Part shown: piece by piece, positions 63,883 to 64,000 of the stretch | Layout: each line of letters starts with the position of its first letter | How positions within the stretch are numbered: the first letter of the stretch is position 1 | NCBI GenBank assembly: GCA_976551045.1 | Contig: CDPCPM010000241.1 | Span: 620,001-684,000 of the forward strand | DNA from: Glaucostegus cemiculus | Taxonomy: Eukaryota | DNA length: 64,000 nt | Reading direction: 5' to 3' | Notes under the pieces: generated by a model | Databases searched by the model: none | Seen by the model: only the letters and a program-made list of their open reading frames with translations | What the model was told of the DNA's origin: nothing | Made by a program: the position numbers and the translations under genes

Positions 63883-64000
63883 AAGTTAGTGTAATGCTAT
63901 TACAGCGTCAGTGACCTGGGTTCAATTCCCACCGGTGTCTGTAAGGAGTTTGTACGTTCTCCCCATGTCTGCATGGGTTTCCTCCGGGTGCTCTGGTTTC
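63883..64000 (+). mobile_element. V-SINE, cut by the window edge
   Basis: gttagtgtaatgctattacagcg...gggttcaattccc...gggtttcctccgggtgctctggtttc. Confidence 0.9.

Overview
Repeat-dominated eukaryotic DNA, most likely from a cartilaginous fish (inferred from HE1-like V-SINEs, many CR1 LINEs, and Deu-domain SINE, Rex1/Babar and Penelope remnants). It contains one 165-N assembly gap. I found no intact multi-exon host gene, RNA gene or CRISPR array. The centrepiece is a 4,211-bp minus-strand Ty3/Gypsy LTR retrotransposon (13095-17305). It has 235-bp LTRs, a tRNA-Trp-type PBS, a PPT and a clear -1 frameshift signal, and its LTRs are rich in CpG-island promoter motifs. It is nested in a long CR1, which itself appears to be nested in an older CR1. 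Other notable items: a 400-bp solo LTR with a 5-bp TSD, a decayed two-gene Harbinger, an orphan UTP3/SAS10-like exon with a splice donor, a 48-bp fold-back hairpin in a CR1 3' end, V-SINEs with two different LINE-derived tails, and an unexplained pair of long same-frame ORFs at 24.3-25.3 kb. I see no convincing new biological system. Family assignments come from motif recall, not database searches, and boundaries of old repeats are approximate.
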